From assembly GCA_047284725.1 (NCBI GenBank), contig JBJBEO010000001.1, positions 96,001 to 160,000 on the forward strand: a stretch of 64,000 nt of DNA, read 5' to 3'. A program made the position numbers and the translations under genes. This document shows, in pieces, positions 62,082 through 64,000 of the stretch (the stretch's first letter is position 1; every line of letters starts with the position of its first letter). The DNA is from Synechococcus sp. GTDB lineage: Bacteria; Cyanobacteriota; Cyanobacteriia; PCC-6307; Cyanobiaceae. The notes under the pieces were generated by a model. That model had not been told where the DNA came from and did no database searches. It saw nothing but the letters and a program-made list of their open reading frames with translations.

Positions 62082-62819
62082 TCAGCGCATCACATTGATC
62101 TCTGTGCTGTCGCCGAGGCTGGCCGGCAGATTGAGGCTGGTGCCCCCCCGCTTCACGGTGGTGCCGCCCATGGCATCGAGGAAGGGTTGCACGTCGGTTT
62201 GATCGCAGGTCGCCGGAGTGGTGCCGCTCACGTACTGCACGGGAATGACCCGGCGGGGATTGAGGGCCTTGACCACCGCGGCGGCTTCCTCGCCGTTGTA
62301 CACCTTGCCGCCGCCACCGACGCCGATGATCAGCACATCCGGGCGTCCCAGCAGCACCTTGTCGTCGCCGCTCAGATCAGCGGCGGTGCCCCCCAGATGC
62401 GCGAAGCTCAGGCCCCCCTGCTGCCATCGCCACAGCGTCGACTGTCCATAGCGGCGGCCCCCGATGCGGTCATGGGGTGCGCCGAAGCCTTCGAGCGTGA
62501 GCCCCCCGACCCGGTAGGAGCCAGGCTTCACCAGAAACGTCCCCTTGGCGACGCGAGCCCCTTCATCGGGGAGTTCTGAGCTGGCAAGGATCACCGAGGC
62601 GCTGACCCGGGGTTCCGCCAAGCCCGCGGCGCAGCCCACGGCTTTGAAGGGGTTCACCAGCACCGATTGGCCGCCGCCTCGGATCAGCAGCGCGCTGTGG
62701 CCATAGCTGGTGATCGAGACGCCGCCCGCGTGCACCGGCAGCACGGCCATCAGACTGAGGGAGGTTCCAAGCACGACCGCTGCGGATCGGCGGGCCGGGG
62801 TCAGCTGACGGGCGGGCAT
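62082..62819 (-). CDS. metallo-beta-lactamase-fold hydrolase-like secreted protein
   Basis: Signal peptide; ITSYGHSALLI, HD..GG, FAHLG, DVLIIGVGG and PRRVIPVQY. Confidence 0.8.
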   Translation of the reverse strand: MPARQLTPARRSAAVVLGTSLSLMAVLPVHAGGVSITSYGHSALLIRGGGQSVLVNPFKAVGCAAGLAEPRVSASVILASSELPDEGARVAKGTFLVKPGSYRVGGLTLEGFGAPHDRIGGRRYGQSTLWRWQQGGLSFAHLGGTAADLSGDDKVLLGRPDVLIIGVGGGGKVYNGEEAAAVVKALNPRRVIPVQYVSGTTPATCDQTDVQPFLDAMGGTTVKRGGTSLNLPASLGDSTEINVMR

Positions 62820-62867
62820 GAAGGGAACCGGACGGGCTCTGGAAGCTAGCAGTGGTGCCTGATCGCT

Positions 62868-63464
62868 TCAGCTGGCCTCCGCCTGGCGCAGGAAGTTGGC
62901 CAGCAACTGGTGGCCGGATTCGGTGAGCACGCTTTCCGGGTGGAACTGCACGCCCTGCAGATGGGGATAGTCGCGATGCCGCAGGCCCATCACCATGCCG
63001 TCGTCGAGCCAGGCGGTCACCTCGAGGCATGGGGGCAGGCTGTCGCGGTCCGCGACAAGGCTGTGGTACCTGGTGGCTGTCAGGGGCTGGGGCAAGCCAG
63101 CGAACACCCCTTCCCCCTTGTGCAGCACAGGGGAGGTTTTGCCGTGCATCAGTTCAGGGGCTCGCACCACCCGACCGCCGTACACCTGCGCCAGGGCTTG
63201 ATGACCGAGGCAGACGCCGAGGGTGGGCACGGTGGGAGACACCTCCCGCAGCACATCGAGGCACACCCCCGACTGGTCGGGATCCCCTGGGCCGGGTGAC
63301 AGCAGAATGGCTTCGGGCTTCAGCGCGCGGATCTCCTCAAGGGAGAGGGCGTCGTTGCGCTCCACCCGCAGATCGGCGGCCACCGGGTGCTGACTGGCGA
63401 GCTCCCCTAGGTACTGCACCAGGTTGAAGGTGAAGCTGTCGTAGTTGTCGATGACCAGAAGCAT
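62868..63464 (-). CDS. trpG: anthranilate / aminodeoxychorismate synthase component II (glutamine amidotransferase)
   Basis: IDNYDSFTFNL, SPGPG, GVCLGHQ, RYHSL and GVQFHPES. Confidence 0.95.
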   Translation of the reverse strand: MLLVIDNYDSFTFNLVQYLGELASQHPVAADLRVERNDALSLEEIRALKPEAILLSPGPGDPDQSGVCLDVLREVSPTVPTLGVCLGHQALAQVYGGRVVRAPELMHGKTSPVLHKGEGVFAGLPQPLTATRYHSLVADRDSLPPCLEVTAWLDDGMVMGLRHRDYPHLQGVQFHPESVLTESGHQLLANFLRQAEAS

Positions 63465-63472
63465 GGCGCCGA

Positions 63473-63985
63473 TTATCCCTGAAGGCGTTCCAGCAGTGGT
63501 GGCAGCAGCAGCAGTCCGGCGATCAGCATCGAACTGATGGCGGCCACCAGCACCGCCGCCGCCGCACAGTCCTTGGCGATGCGGGCCAGGGGATGGAAAC
63601 GACGGCCGATGGCCAGATCCACCACCGCTTCGATGGCGGTGTTGAGCAGTTCCAGCACCAGCACGGCCGCCACGGTGAGCACCAACACGGCCAGTTTGAG
63701 CAAGCCCAGCTGCAGCCAGACCCCCAGGCCGAACACCACCACACCGGTGAACACATGGATGCGGAAATTCCGCTGGCTGATGAAGCCATAGCCCAGGCCC
63801 TGGGCGGCATAGCGGAAGCTGGCAGGAAGATCGCCGGCAATGGCCCAGGCGCCGCGATGGGCGGCATGGCGGGCCGCTCTGCGGGCTTGTGTCGGGCTGG
63901 AGTGGCTGAGATTCTCCATCACCGGCACCTGCTCTTCAGAGGGCTGCAGTGGATTCTGCAGTTGTGTCACAGCCTCCCTCTCCAA
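63473..63985 (-). CDS. dgkA: diacylglycerol / undecaprenol kinase (DgkA family)
   Basis: SFRYA..G, QRNFRIH, ELLNTAIEAVVD and AKDCAAAAV. Start uncertain (63985, 63970 or 63919). Confidence 0.9.
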   Translation of the reverse strand: MEREAVTQLQNPLQPSEEQVPVMENLSHSSPTQARRAARHAAHRGAWAIAGDLPASFRYAAQGLGYGFISQRNFRIHVFTGVVVFGLGVWLQLGLLKLAVLVLTVAAVLVLELLNTAIEAVVDLAIGRRFHPLARIAKDCAAAAVLVAAISSMLIAGLLLLPPLLERLQG

Positions 63986-64000
63986 TGCCCTGAACCCTAC

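Overview
This window looks like chromosome from a picocyanobacterium, most likely a marine Synechococcus, judged from gene content, gene order and GC-rich codon usage. About 1-39 kb and 60-64 kb are core genome: ABC1 kinase, eno, gloA, clpB, secE-nusG-rplKA-rplJL with an L10 leader, rnhA, pyrD, a pilMN-O-Q type IV pilus cluster, murG, pgk, ylqF, an RluA-family synthase, relA/spoT, mnmE, nadC, argS, hisC, trpG and dgkA. A ~21 kb accessory island with no visible integrase lies between argS (ends 39015) and hisC (starts 59959), bracketed by the 10-bp direct repeat GATGTGATGA. Its AT-rich core is the best candidate for an undescribed system. It is a tightly packed five-gene operon: two paralogous 'HFAR-motif' proteins of unknown function, a very large DyP heme peroxidase, a membrane-anchored cytochrome P450 lacking the oxygen-activating acid-alcohol pair, and a PAS-degenerate GGDEF-EAL phosphodiesterase. 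A divergent MpaB/Lcp-like heme oxygenase, an intact GGDEF-EAL protein, a patatin phospholipase and SelO lie nearby. My inference is a peroxide-driven (possibly oxylipin-like) lipid oxidation pathway coupled to c-di-GMP signalling. Other notable items are an AT-rich repeat-bearing insert in the PilQ secretin, an apparent PilM-PilN fusion, a tandem pair of Arg-rich CX12C secreted paralogs, and a PGM1-type ATP-grasp ligase coupled to hisC. All calls come from reading motifs by eye; no database searches were run.
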